Source: an uncultured cyanobacterium (GTDB lineage Bacteria; Cyanobacteriota; Cyanobacteriia; Cyanobacteriales; Nostocaceae). From it: a DNA stretch of 64,000 bases. The DNA lies in the NCBI GenBank assembly GCA_963706595.1, contig OY970166.1:1728001-1792000 (forward strand). Reading direction: 5' to 3'. A model generated the notes under the pieces. The model was given only the letters and a program-made list of their open reading frames with translations. It was not told the origin of the DNA and ran no database searches. The position numbers and the translations under genes were made by a program. Below, in pieces: positions 50,342 to 60,900 of this stretch (its first letter is position 1; every line of letters begins with the position of its first letter).

Positions 50342-50760
50342 ATAAACCTAAACCAATAGTTTGGGTACATGGAGACTCCCTGAGTCCCTACAACCCCGCT
50401 TTACAAGAATACCCCCAAGCCCCAGCCATCTGGGTATGGGATGAGGAATTAATTACAGAATGGCAACTGAGCCTAAAACGGATTACATTTATTTATGAAT
50501 GCTTATTAGAATTACCCGTGATCATTCGTCGTGGTAATGTGGCACAAGAAGTTTTAGCATTTGCCCAAGAACATCATGCCGATTCAGTCGTAACAACCAC
50601 CAGCCCCAGTCCCAGATTTAAACATATTGGCGACGAAATAAAAAAAACCTTAACCCTAGAAACCTGGGAAACAGAACCATTCCTTGAATACCAAGGCCAC
50701 ATAGACCTCAAAAGATTCTCCCGCTATTGGAAAATAGCCGAAAAACACCTCCTCCCCTAA
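50338..50760 (+). CDS. Truncated photolyase antenna-like (Rossmann) domain
   Basis: IVWVHGDSLSP...IWVWDE...KRITFIYECL...RFSRYW; ATGA overlap with the upstream gene. Confidence 0.75.
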   Translation: MNKPKPIVWVHGDSLSPYNPALQEYPQAPAIWVWDEELITEWQLSLKRITFIYECLLELPVIIRRGNVAQEVLAFAQEHHADSVVTTTSPSPRFKHIGDEIKKTLTLETWETEPFLEYQGHIDLKRFSRYWKIAEKHLLP

Positions 50761-50824
50761 CTCCCCCCTCCGCGTACCTTTGCGCTAACCTCCGCGCCCC
50801 TTTGCGTTTAAATCTTACCCCCAA

Positions 50825-52219
50825 ATGCTAACCACCCTCGCTGACACCCAAAACATCCTTTCCGACCTCATCGCCCGCTACTCACCCCGTGTAGATTACT
50901 TAGTCATCCGCCTCGAACAATCCGAAGGAACGGATATTTTATTACGTGGCAACCAAGTAGAAACCCTGAGTGAAGGCATTTCCATTGGTGGACATATTCG
51001 AGCTTGTTATAAAGGTGGTTGGGGATTCAGTAGTTTTAACCAACTGGCGACCATTAAAGAACGGATTGAAGAAGCGATCGCCGCAGCGAGAATGGTAGGT
51101 GATGAAAAAACTATTTTAGCCCCCATTGACCCGGTACAAGCAATATGCAGACTACCTCTCACAGGTAGTGATCCCCGCAAAATCCCGGTGGGGCAGAAAA
51201 AAGAACTGTGCGATCGCTATACTGATTTATTAAAAAGCCTTGATCATCGCATTACCACCACCTCAGTCCGCTACGGTGACAGCGCCCAAAAAGTAATTAT
51301 TGCTACCTCAGAAGGAACCTTCATCGAACAATCTTGGGTAGATATGGAAATGCGTTTTGCCGCCACAGCCAGAAACGGCGACACTGTGCAAACCGGCAGA
51401 GAAACCACTGGTTCTCGCAAAGCCTACGAAGATTTAACTGTTTTGGATCAACAAGTTCAAAGTGCAGCCCAAAGAGCGATCGCAGCCTTAACTCTACCAT
51501 CAGTCAAAGGCAATACCTACACAGTAGTCATTGACCCTATTCTCACCGGCTTATTTGTTCACGAAGCCTTTGGACATCTTTCCGAAGCTGATATGGCTTA
51601 CGAAAACCCAGATTTATTGGAAGTCATGACCATTGGTCGGCGGTTCGGCACAGAAGAACTGCAAATTTTTGATGGTGCTGCCCCCGAAGGTCATCGCGGT
51701 AGTTATTTTTACGATGATGAAGGCACACCCAGTAGTACCACGCAACTAATTAAAGATGGCATTTTAGTCGGACGTTTACATTCTCGTGAAACCGCAGGCA
51801 AATTAGACGAAGCACCTACCGGGAACGCTCGTTGTCTAAATTATCACTTTAACCCCATTGTCCGGATGACAAACACCTGGATTCAAAGAGGTCAAACACC
51901 AGTTGCCGACTTATTCTCAGGGATCAAATCAGGAGTATACGCCCGTAACTGGCTAGGTGGCATGACCAACGGGGAAATGTTCACCTTTAGTGCTGGGGAA
52001 GCGTGGATGATTAGAAACGGTGAAATAGCCGAACCTGTCAGAGATGTGACACTTTCGGGTAACGTTTTCCAAACCTTGGCGGACATTGAAGCCGTTGGTG
52101 ATGACTTTTATTGGGATGAGTCCGGTGGTTGCGGGAAAGGTGGACAGAATGGCTTACCTGTTGGTTGTGGTGGTCCCAGTCTGCGGATTCGGGATGTAGT
52201 AGTTGGTGGGGAAACGTGA
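50825..52219 (+). CDS. tldD: TldD/PmbA family metalloprotease
   Basis: HEAFGHLSEAD, RMTNT, GCGKGGQ. Confidence 0.92.
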   Translation: MLTTLADTQNILSDLIARYSPRVDYLVIRLEQSEGTDILLRGNQVETLSEGISIGGHIRACYKGGWGFSSFNQLATIKERIEEAIAAARMVGDEKTILAPIDPVQAICRLPLTGSDPRKIPVGQKKELCDRYTDLLKSLDHRITTTSVRYGDSAQKVIIATSEGTFIEQSWVDMEMRFAATARNGDTVQTGRETTGSRKAYEDLTVLDQQVQSAAQRAIAALTLPSVKGNTYTVVIDPILTGLFVHEAFGHLSEADMAYENPDLLEVMTIGRRFGTEELQIFDGAAPEGHRGSYFYDDEGTPSSTTQLIKDGILVGRLHSRETAGKLDEAPTGNARCLNYHFNPIVRMTNTWIQRGQTPVADLFSGIKSGVYARNWLGGMTNGEMFTFSAGEAWMIRNGEIAEPVRDVTLSGNVFQTLADIEAVGDDFYWDESGGCGKGGQNGLPVGCGGPSLRIRDVVVGGET

Positions 52220-52244
52220 ACGACTCCCCACTCTCCACTCCCCA

Positions 52245-53654
52245 TTACTCTGGACTAGAGTCTTGTCTTTTGTCTCGCACTTGGCGCAACTGTTGTATAA
52301 GTTTTTCGCCTGATTCGAGGGTGGAAGACAGTGAATTGTTATTGGCTTCGGATCTAGTCGATGGTTTGGGACTCATCGCGGCTGCGGGTGCTGATTGCTG
52401 ATTGGGGATTCGCAGTTCCGGTAATGGTTTGAGACTAGCTGCGGGTGATTGCTCAAGAGTAGTTGCAGCCGTTTTACCGTTGTTTTGGAAACGTAGGCTA
52501 AATGGATAACTGCTGATTTGCTCAACTCCTTTAGGAGACCTAGTATTAAAATATTCTCTTACCTTTAACTGCAAGTCAGGAGAAACTGATTGGTCTTGGA
52601 ATTTAATATCTAAAACCCTGCCTTCAGGATCTACCACTAAGAAACCCAAGACTGTACCTTCAAGATTGGGCTGATTTGCCGCCACAGTTTCCCGGATAAC
52701 TGGTTTTTCTTGAGAATTGGGGTACGCTTGCTGAATTTTTTGTCTCAGTCCTTCGTATGAGTTTAACTGGGCGATTAGTCCTTGTTGTTGCTCATTTACT
52801 TTTTTCAAGGGCAACTCAGGTGTTTTCGGAGTCAATTCCGGCTGCATTCTGGGAATGCGTTGATTTGCCAGGGCTAACTGATCTTGAGGTTGTGGAGTTT
52901 GTTGGAGGCGAGCTATTAGCTCTTGCTTGCCATTATTCCCAGCCTGTGAGGTTTGGGGAGTGGGATTTGTGACTGTGGTGGTGGGGGGGGTATTTGGCAA
53001 GTCACTAGGTAGTCTAGACGGAGTATTTGGCAAGTCATTAGGTAGTCTAGACGCAGTTACTTTTGGCAATCTTTCTACAGCTACTGCTTGGCCTGCCACT
53101 CTGACCTCGCTTTGATCAAAAGAGCGAGTTGATGGGGTAAAACTTTGATCAGCAGCGTTGAAACCAGAGGGATCAAATCGAAATTCCTCTCTAGGTGCTG
53201 TCGGTGCAGACGCAACTGCATCTGTAGGCTGCCTTTGGGGGAAAGAAACATTGCTGCGATTAGCAGAAATCCGATAGTTAGGTGTTGGTGTTCTGTTAAT
53301 TGGCGGCAAGACAGACTGCCTATAGGTAGATGATGGCAAGGGTGGCAATACACTTCTGGACACATCCAGATTTGGAGGCAGAAGTTGCGGTTGTTGAGGA
53401 AGTTGTGGTTGCAGAGCCACTTGGGATGGGAATGTACTGGGAGTCTCTGGCAAACGGTTTTGATCAGCTTGGCTTAATTCCAAGATGCCGACTGATTCTG
53501 GAGATGCTGAGACTTGAGATTGCTCAGAATCTACAGGCATCAATGGCACAATCAACGCAATAGCACCGTGAATGCCAAGGGAGGCTATTGCTGCTATCCC
53601 AGTTGGTTGGCTGAGGATTTCTGGTATATTTTTTAGCAGGGAGACGTAAGACAT
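52245..53654 (-). CDS. Pro/Gln-rich membrane-anchored protein, TonB-like architecture
   Basis: N-terminal TM with SLGIH, low-complexity linker, folded C-terminal region (LVVDPEGRV). Confidence 0.65.
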   Translation of the reverse strand: MSYVSLLKNIPEILSQPTGIAAIASLGIHGAIALIVPLMPVDSEQSQVSASPESVGILELSQADQNRLPETPSTFPSQVALQPQLPQQPQLLPPNLDVSRSVLPPLPSSTYRQSVLPPINRTPTPNYRISANRSNVSFPQRQPTDAVASAPTAPREEFRFDPSGFNAADQSFTPSTRSFDQSEVRVAGQAVAVERLPKVTASRLPNDLPNTPSRLPSDLPNTPPTTTVTNPTPQTSQAGNNGKQELIARLQQTPQPQDQLALANQRIPRMQPELTPKTPELPLKKVNEQQQGLIAQLNSYEGLRQKIQQAYPNSQEKPVIRETVAANQPNLEGTVLGFLVVDPEGRVLDIKFQDQSVSPDLQLKVREYFNTRSPKGVEQISSYPFSLRFQNNGKTAATTLEQSPAASLKPLPELRIPNQQSAPAAAMSPKPSTRSEANNNSLSSTLESGEKLIQQLRQVRDKRQDSSPE

Positions 53655-54118
53655 AGCTATTATCGTTCACTCGGCTCGGTTGCGGTTGACTAGCAAAGCA
53701 ATTTTATCTTAACTACAAGAGATGCATTTTGATAAAAATCATCACTTCCTATACTGGTAGTTAAAATGGCAGGATAGGTTTTTTCAAGTTTTTAATTTTT
53801 CATCTCAATGAGAAAATGTTTCTTTTACTCACTAGGCACTGGAAAATGTTCACTTTTGAATTGCGATTTATATGAGGAGATGCACAGTATGGAATGGAAT
53901 CTAGAGTAGTTGCCACTGATCGCCATCGCATCAGTCTAAATATATAACTATATCTGTGGCAGTTGCTGGTTTCATTAGCCGACTGTCTTGGACTGAGTTA
54001 CTTTCTTCTAACAAATACCAAACTCGCTTTGAAAACAGAAGATAGTTTCGCTTAATCTTATCACATCAGCCCAATTTTCCACTGTAGCCAAATTGGCTAT
54101 TTACCCCGACATTCCCAG

Positions 54119-54808
54119 ATGCCACTACCCACAATTATTCTGCCTGGATATTTAGAAAGTGCGATCGCCTACCGTCAATTAGAGCAATCTTTATTGCAGT
54201 TAGGTGTACCCACAGCAACAGTACCACTGCGGCGGCGGGACTGGTTAGCTACCATTGGCAGACCCGTAACACCCATTGTTCAGCAACTGGATTGGACTGT
54301 AAAACAGATGCTGCACAAACATAACGCCGCTCAAGTCAATTTAATTGGGCATTCCGCCGGAGGCTGGGTTTCCCGCATTTATCTAGGAGACCAGCCTTAT
54401 TCAGGAAGAGGTAAAGTCACATCCTGCTGGAAAGCTCACCCTTTGGTTGCTAGTTTGATCACTCTAGGTACACCCCATATTAGCCAAGAACGTTGGACAC
54501 GGGCGAACTTGGATTTTGTGACTCATCACTATCCCGGTGCTTTTTACAAAAGTGTGCGTTACGTTTGTGTAGCCGGAAAAACTATCTTTGGTCAAAGGAG
54601 ACCCGGCGGCTGGCTAGCTTACAACAGTTATCAACAAACCTGCGGTCAAGGTAACACCTGGGGCGATGGCATCACACCCATTGCGGCTGCTCATCTAGAA
54701 GGCGCAGAAAATTTGGTAATTCCTGATGTCCAACATTCGCCAAGAAGCCCTGGAATTTGGTATGGCTCCCCAGAACCTTTAAAATCTTGGGTGGAGTATT
54801 TATTTTAG
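54119..54808 (+). CDS. Alpha/beta hydrolase (lipase/PGAP1-like)
   Basis: IGHSAGG nucleophile elbow, TLGTPH, GDGITP. Confidence 0.9.
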   Translation: MPLPTIILPGYLESAIAYRQLEQSLLQLGVPTATVPLRRRDWLATIGRPVTPIVQQLDWTVKQMLHKHNAAQVNLIGHSAGGWVSRIYLGDQPYSGRGKVTSCWKAHPLVASLITLGTPHISQERWTRANLDFVTHHYPGAFYKSVRYVCVAGKTIFGQRRPGGWLAYNSYQQTCGQGNTWGDGITPIAAAHLEGAENLVIPDVQHSPRSPGIWYGSPEPLKSWVEYLF

Positions 54809-54912
54809 AGAAATTTGTCTTTCTTTGAGAAAAGCAAAATAAATTCATATTTCTTAGTTAAAATTGTAGTAAAAGTACATACACATTTAGCTAAGAATAG
54901 GCAGGGGAAACT

Positions 54913-55530
54913 ATGCAAAGTACCCAGTTCGATCGAATTTTCCGGCGACTGGCAACAATTTTAGCCGTAGCAATGCTGAGTTTGTGCTTGATTTATATCA
55001 CCACAGGAATTTTGCTTTCTTTTTACTACGAACCCACCGCAGGGGGAGCATATCAATCCTTGAAAACGATTAATACACAAGTACCCTACGGGTGGTTGTT
55101 CCGCAGAGCGCATGATCTGGCTGGTAATGCAGTCATTGTGGTCGCGTTAGTGCAAATTGTCGTGATGTTTTTAGGGCGGCAATTTAGCAAAAGTTGGCTC
55201 ATTGCTTGGATTAGTGGAATTTTCTTAACTTTAAGCGTCATTGGTCTAGATTGGACAGCGATGCTTTTAGACTGGACTCAAGTAGGCTACTGGCGTTTTA
55301 GCATTGAGCTAGGAACCATCGAAGCAATTCCGTTTATAGGTGGGCAACTACGAGACATTCTCACAGGTGGTGGTGCCATTAGCACAGTCACGGTTGCACA
55401 TCTTTATACCATTAACAGTTATATCCTGGCAGTTGCTGCCATCATCTTGGCTGTGGTACATTTATCCGCCCTAATTTGGCAAGAACAGCGAATGTATCAA
55501 TTCTTAGGCACATCACCCGTAAAAAGTTGA
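54913..55530 (+). CDS. Cytochrome b N-terminal-domain protein (divergent petB paralogue)
   Basis: TGILLSFYYEPT, GWLFRRAH, QVGYW, EAIPFIG. Confidence 0.85.
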   Translation: MQSTQFDRIFRRLATILAVAMLSLCLIYITTGILLSFYYEPTAGGAYQSLKTINTQVPYGWLFRRAHDLAGNAVIVVALVQIVVMFLGRQFSKSWLIAWISGIFLTLSVIGLDWTAMLLDWTQVGYWRFSIELGTIEAIPFIGGQLRDILTGGGAISTVTVAHLYTINSYILAVAAIILAVVHLSALIWQEQRMYQFLGTSPVKS

Positions 55531-57416
55531 GATAATTTTTCCAAGGGTAGTTCTTCCATCTCCGGTAAAGTTTCTAGAGATAGGCGAGTTGATTGGGTAC
55601 CACCGGATAAACGCTTTAACAAGTTGGGTCTGGGGTCATGCAATAAATAGATAATGCGATCGCCTACTAACCATTCTTGACTAGCTGGCATCACCTGTAA
55701 ACGGTCTTCTCGCTCTACCAACAACGGAATCAAATCTCCAGACTTAATTTTTTCTTGAATGCGCTCTTGTTGTTTACCAAATTCAGAATCATTGAGTGTA
55801 GTTGTTCCCAGCTTCACTCTGCCATCGTTCAGGTACTCATTCCAAGTTTTAATGACTAACTCTGTCGCGAAAGCTTGGCTCACTTTATGATTGCTACTGG
55901 AATTAGCTTGGGGTTTACGGGGAAAAACTGCCAAAACACGGGGCGGACTAAATTCTTCAGCCGCCCGTTGCGCCAAGACAAAATTCACCTCACCGTTATT
56001 AGTCATCGCCAAAAAAGTTCCCATAGAAGCCAGTCCAGCTTCTTCCAAAACAGAAACATCCAGCGCACTGCTAGAAATCACCCGAATATCTTGCTCTGCT
56101 GCTTGTTCACAACGTTCCGGGTCAGTGTCAATCATCACCACCGTTTCTCCCCGTTCTTGAAAGAAACGGGCAATTAACAAACTCAAGGGATTGCAACCCA
56201 CAATCACCGCCCCAGTAGCATCCTTGGAAGTGATGCGTAGCCATTTAGCAATGGTTCCAGCTGTTAACCCTTGACAAACCACCGTCATGATAATTGTCAA
56301 GAAAACTAAAGCTTTGATGGCATCACCACCGTTAATACCGCGCTGTGTCAACGAAATGGCAAACAAAGAAGCCACAGAAGCCGAGACAATTCCTCTAGGG
56401 GCTACCCAGCTTAAAAATAGTTTCTGTCGCCAATTCAGATTACTGTTCCAAGTACAGCAGAGAATGTTAATGGGACGAACCACGAACATGAGTACTAAAA
56501 CAGTAAAAACACTACCCCAACCCAAAGCAAACACACTCGCAATGGAAAGGTCAGCCGCTAGGAGAATGAATAGCACCGAGACGCTGAGAATAGTCAGTTG
56601 ACCTTTAAAGCTTCGCAATGAACGCTCTTCTGGTACAGACGAGTTAGCAAATACCGCACCAGCAATAACTGTAGTCATGACTCCTGATTCACTCCGAATC
56701 GTCTGCGCCACAGTAAACAGACCCCAGAGAATCGCCAGCACTACCAGATTCTTTAACTCTGGGGAGAGAAAGTTAGCGCGTTTGAAAATTAAGCTCATCA
56801 AGTAGCCGCCTGCGCCACCAATAGCCGCACCAATTCCCAGACGCATCACTAAACCGATAATGGCATTGATGGGGTCAGCATCACCATTGATAATGGTGTC
56901 TAGGACAACGAAGGCGAGAATAGCTCCTACTGGGTCGATTAAAACTCCCTCTCCTTCTAAAATCGTTGCTACTTGACGATCTACATTGATTTGTTTGAGC
57001 AGGGGGCTAATCACAGTGGGACCGGTGACAACAATGATCGAGCCATAGAGAAAAGCGATATTCCAAGGAAACTCGCCCAGCCAGTGGGCAGCCATACTAC
57101 CACCAATTAATGTGATTAGTGTTCCCAAGGTGACGAGCAATTGTAGGCTGACGGAAACTCTGCCCAACTCCTGTACATCCAGGTTAAGTCCGCCTTCAAA
57201 TAAAATTATTGCCGTTGCTAGGGCAACAATCACTTCTAGTCCAGAACCTAGTACATGAGGATGCAACACGCCCAGCCCATCGGAGCCAAGGAGAATGCCT
57301 AGTAACAATAACAAGACAATACTAGGTAAGCGAAAATATGCAGCCAACACCTGGGCGGTAATGCCTGCAACAACGACGCTCACTATCTGTAGGGTTATTT
57401 CAAAAGATGCTTCCAT
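55497..57416 (-). CDS. CPA1 Na+/H+ antiporter with TrkA-N domain
   Basis: VTGPTV, LEGEGVLIDP, APRGIV, IVGCNPL. Confidence 0.92.
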   Translation of the reverse strand: MEASFEITLQIVSVVVAGITAQVLAAYFRLPSIVLLLLLGILLGSDGLGVLHPHVLGSGLEVIVALATAIILFEGGLNLDVQELGRVSVSLQLLVTLGTLITLIGGSMAAHWLGEFPWNIAFLYGSIIVVTGPTVISPLLKQINVDRQVATILEGEGVLIDPVGAILAFVVLDTIINGDADPINAIIGLVMRLGIGAAIGGAGGYLMSLIFKRANFLSPELKNLVVLAILWGLFTVAQTIRSESGVMTTVIAGAVFANSSVPEERSLRSFKGQLTILSVSVLFILLAADLSIASVFALGWGSVFTVLVLMFVVRPINILCCTWNSNLNWRQKLFLSWVAPRGIVSASVASLFAISLTQRGINGGDAIKALVFLTIIMTVVCQGLTAGTIAKWLRITSKDATGAVIVGCNPLSLLIARFFQERGETVVMIDTDPERCEQAAEQDIRVISSSALDVSVLEEAGLASMGTFLAMTNNGEVNFVLAQRAAEEFSPPRVLAVFPRKPQANSSSNHKVSQAFATELVIKTWNEYLNDGRVKLGTTTLNDSEFGKQQERIQEKIKSGDLIPLLVEREDRLQVMPASQEWLVGDRIIYLLHDPRPNLLKRLSGGTQSTRLSLETLPEMEELPLEKLSQLFTGDVPKN

Positions 57417-57807
57417 GTTGTAGATTTTGAGCTATATATTTCAAAATCTTTTGTAAAGAATAGTAAATATCACCTCTACAGAGTACAACATCACATCCTC
57501 TGTCCCCAGCGAAATCCAGAGTTTTTTCATACTTAGTCCTCTATATCACTCCATTGTGTCATGACTTGGAGAAACATCTGATGGTGCTAGTACCGCCGTG
57601 AAGTCAGGAGGGGCGGATTGCAATCCGCCTGTACTTCGTAGCGTATGCAGCGCCGCAAGTATTTTAGATTAACTTTCCCCTTGTGGGATGAGGGAAACGA
57701 GCAGGTCTTTAGACTTGAGTTCATTATGTGCGTGATGCACAAATTTAACTATAAGCTATGTCTTGCCGCCCATTTTAGCCGGGAAAAAACTTTTTTTGCA
57801 AAAGCTA

Positions 57808-57836
57808 TTGACATCAACCAGGAAATTAGTTATTTT
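57808..57836 (+). promoter_or_regulatory. sigma70-type promoter of tRNA-Glu
   Basis: TTGACA-N17-TATTTT, 20 nt upstream of the tRNA. Confidence 0.75.
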
Positions 57837-57856
57837 ATAAAAGGTCTAGGACATAC

Positions 57857-57929
57857 GCCCCCATCGTCTAGAGGCCTAGGACACCTCCCTTTCACGGAGG
57901 CGACGGGGATTCGAATTCCCCTGGGGGTA
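57857..57929 (+). tRNA. trnE: tRNA-Glu(UUC)
   Basis: GCCCCCA...TGGGGGT acceptor, anticodon arm CCTCC-CTTTCAC-GGAGG, T-loop TTCGAAT; CCA not encoded. Confidence 0.97.
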
Positions 57930-58274
57930 TTTCCAGAATAGAAAGTAGAATAATGTGGTTTTTCGATAAGCCTTTTCTTGTGTGACTTGTTCCCAAGGAA
58001 AGGCTTATTACTTTTATAGCAACTGCCAAGGAGGTTAAGACATAAACTGATCATCAAACTTAGACACCAAAAGGGTTTTAACTCACTCCCCAGAAGAAGC
58101 AGGGGAGCAGGGCGCACCGGAGTAAGGGGGAGTTAGAAATTATTTTAAACTTCCGGTTACTTAACAACCATTCTTCTTCTCCCCTGCCCCCTGCCCCCTG
58201 CCTCCTGCCCCTTTTCCTCTTCTCCCCACTCCCCACTCCCCACTCCCTACTCCCCAGCTATATATCTAAGTAGT

Positions 58275-58889
58275 TTAGTTTTTTAACTGTTCTACACGTT
58301 GGTGAATAGCTAAAAGATTTACCCGCAGATCATTGCTGAGGCGACGTTCAATGATTGTGATGGGCATCGTGAGCTTCGGCCAGACTCGAATGGTGTAACA
58401 CAGGGTAGTTCCGCTATCTTCACCCTGAGAATAAGGCTCTAAACACCAGCTACCAGAAAAGCCTTTGAAATCTCCTTCTACCATTGAGAAATTAATTTCT
58501 TTAGGGAAGCATTCTTCCAAGTCCAAGACGACACGCGCACAAAAGTTGAATTTGAGTAAGCGCTGAGAGCCGATTTGTTCGAGTCGAATCCCACCTTGAG
58601 GATGTTCTAACAAACAACTCTTAGCCAAGTTAGGAATGAAATCAGACAAGGCTTCGTAATCTGTGAGAACTTTCCAGATTCTTTCCACGGGCTGAGGAAT
58701 TTGGATTTTAGCGGTAATTTGTCGCTGTCTCTCGGCTATTTTCTCCACTTGAACTGCTACATCTGGTAAACCAACTGCATCAATAGTCAAGATGTTTTCT
58801 AGCTGGATGTGATCACTAGCGGCGCTAAGATCAAGATTTTCGGTGATGTTGTATTCTTCAGTCACTTTGGGAATATGGTTTGCTTTCAT
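58275..58889 (-). CDS. SRPBCC/START (polyketide cyclase-like) protein
   Basis: IWKVLTDYEALSDFIPNL, MVEGDFKGFSGSW. Confidence 0.9.
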   Translation of the reverse strand: MKANHIPKVTEEYNITENLDLSAASDHIQLENILTIDAVGLPDVAVQVEKIAERQRQITAKIQIPQPVERIWKVLTDYEALSDFIPNLAKSCLLEHPQGGIRLEQIGSQRLLKFNFCARVVLDLEECFPKEINFSMVEGDFKGFSGSWCLEPYSQGEDSGTTLCYTIRVWPKLTMPITIIERRLSNDLRVNLLAIHQRVEQLKN

Positions 58890-60900
58890 CGGAAAATTGG
58901 GGCAGAGTCAGGGTGAAACAAACTTCACTCAGGGAAGAATTTGAGATTGGCATACTCTCAACAGCGATCGCCCCATTCAAGTGCTGCACTAAAGATTTGA
59001 CTAGGGCAAGTCCCAGTCCAGTACCTGGATGCCAGCGTCCTTTACCACGACGAAATTTGTCGAAAATATAGGTGGCTTCCTCTTCAGATATGGCCCGCCC
59101 TGTGTTGGTCACTTTAATAATAACTTGATCGATTTGGGCTTCAACTTGGTGAAATGCTTGCAGGTGGACAATGGTATCATGCTCAGAATACGTATAGGCA
59201 TTATTTAATAATTCTTGGATGATGCGGTCAAAACTTTCTAGTTCGGTTTGTAGTATTAACGGTTTCGATGGTAAATCTACGGTAATCCTTGAACCTTTTG
59301 TGACTAATTTCTCCTCGAAGGCTGCACCTAATTCCTGAATTTTAGTATTTAAATTAATCGTCTCAAATTGCAAAGGTTCTTGATCAGATTCTAGTTTCTG
59401 TAAGGTCAGCAAGTCATTGATTAAGTTGATTTCCTTGGTACATTCTTGCTCTAAAATATCTAAGTATTTAGCTTGACGTTCTGGTGCTATTCCTGGCAGA
59501 CGTAAATTCTTAATCGACATCAGCATATTTGTCAGGGGATAGCGCAAGCGATCGCTCATGTTGCTCAAAAATTCATCTTTAAGCTCGTTGATTTCCCGCA
59601 GTTGCCCAACATATCGCCGCGTTCTTTCATGCAATTTTGCTTGGAGTTCCAGACTGCTTTTTAATTTTGCCGTCCGTTCATCCACCACCGTCTGTACTTG
59701 CCGTAGTGTCTGGGACTGAATGATGGCATTGCTGACTTGGGCGCAGACCATTTCTACCAGATTTAATTCTGCTGGTTGCCAATGGCGGGGTAGTGCTTGT
59801 TGTAACACTAAAAATCCTAAAACTTTGCCTTGATTCTCTAATGGCATTAACAGCACTGTCGGTAAAGCCTCAATTGTAAACAATGGGGCCACTGTGCCAG
59901 CATCCTGTACGTTTATATAATCAGTGATGATCACCGGGTTGCCAACTTCTGTAAACACGCGTTGACACAAACTACACTCGGCAAGGGAAAATGTCTGAGC
60001 TAGAGTATCCGATTGCATCCCAGGGGAAATTGGTTTTTCCCGATTCCATTCCCCAGCAACGGTAGCTTTGGCTTGGGGAATTTGTTTTTGAGGTTTAATT
60101 CTAAATAGCGGATCTGTGTATTTGAGCAGGATCAACAAACCCCGATCTGCTTGTAGTGATTCGGCTGTAGAGGCGATCGCTAACTGGAGCATTTGATTCA
60201 ACTCCAAGTTAGTCCGGCTGAGTGTGGTTAATTGCTTGATTAAGCTTTGATGGTGGTGAAACTTGTGTATATACTGACGTTGAGTAGCAATCAACTGGGC
60301 TTGTATGACTTGGGAAAAGGCGATCGCGCAGGAAGATTCTATGCATTTGAGCAGTTGTTTTTCTGACTCTTGCCAATCGTAAGTCTGGAATTTGATTAAA
60401 CAAATCACGCCGTTATTTTTGCCTGCCAACCGTGTGGGGAGTGCCAAAACAGCTTTGATCGGTAATGGCAGGTATTGAGATCCAACTACCAAACTGTTTT
60501 GAATAGTGGAAATGTTCTCCATAGTTAATGGTTCAGCCGCACATTCCACGACCGGTAAGTTCGTCATTAACTGCTCCATCGAGAACATCTGGCCCGAATG
60601 CTCCATTGCCAGATACTCATCAGAACACCAATTAGCAGCAGTTGCATGATCTGAGACTTCGTTAGTAACTGTCACTAAGCAGCAGCAGTCTACATTGAAG
60701 CTAACTCCTAGCAATTGAGCAATCTCTTGCAACATCAAGGCCGTAACCGAACTGTTGGCAATGATGTGGTTGATTATTTGTGGCAGATCGTGGACAACTT
60801 CTTCCTGATGCTGCATCAGCTTAACTGTGTATGATTGTTTTGGCTGTAGGTCATCCGGGTATTGTAGTGGCAATGATAGATAATTGTTCATTCCTGGCAA
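58858..60900 (-). CDS. Double-GAF histidine-kinase-like protein lacking the canonical H-box His
   Basis: EFLSNMSDRLRYPL, ELLNNAYTYS, GTGLGL. Confidence 0.85.
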   Translation of the reverse strand: MPGMNNYLSLPLQYPDDLQPKQSYTVKLMQHQEEVVHDLPQIINHIIANSSVTALMLQEIAQLLGVSFNVDCCCLVTVTNEVSDHATAANWCSDEYLAMEHSGQMFSMEQLMTNLPVVECAAEPLTMENISTIQNSLVVGSQYLPLPIKAVLALPTRLAGKNNGVICLIKFQTYDWQESEKQLLKCIESSCAIAFSQVIQAQLIATQRQYIHKFHHHQSLIKQLTTLSRTNLELNQMLQLAIASTAESLQADRGLLILLKYTDPLFRIKPQKQIPQAKATVAGEWNREKPISPGMQSDTLAQTFSLAECSLCQRVFTEVGNPVIITDYINVQDAGTVAPLFTIEALPTVLLMPLENQGKVLGFLVLQQALPRHWQPAELNLVEMVCAQVSNAIIQSQTLRQVQTVVDERTAKLKSSLELQAKLHERTRRYVGQLREINELKDEFLSNMSDRLRYPLTNMLMSIKNLRLPGIAPERQAKYLDILEQECTKEINLINDLLTLQKLESDQEPLQFETINLNTKIQELGAAFEEKLVTKGSRITVDLPSKPLILQTELESFDRIIQELLNNAYTYSEHDTIVHLQAFHQVEAQIDQVIIKVTNTGRAISEEEATYIFDKFRRGKGRWHPGTGLGLALVKSLVQHLNGAIAVESMPISNSSLSEVCFTLTLPQFSDESKPYSQSD

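Noticed and set aside
54869..54882. NtcA site GTA-N8-TAC
   Set aside because: Only 30 nt from the start codon, with no properly spaced -10; likely chance in AT-rich DNA
57857..58270. Integrative element at tRNA-Glu
   Set aside because: No integrase and no duplicated tRNA 3' end seen
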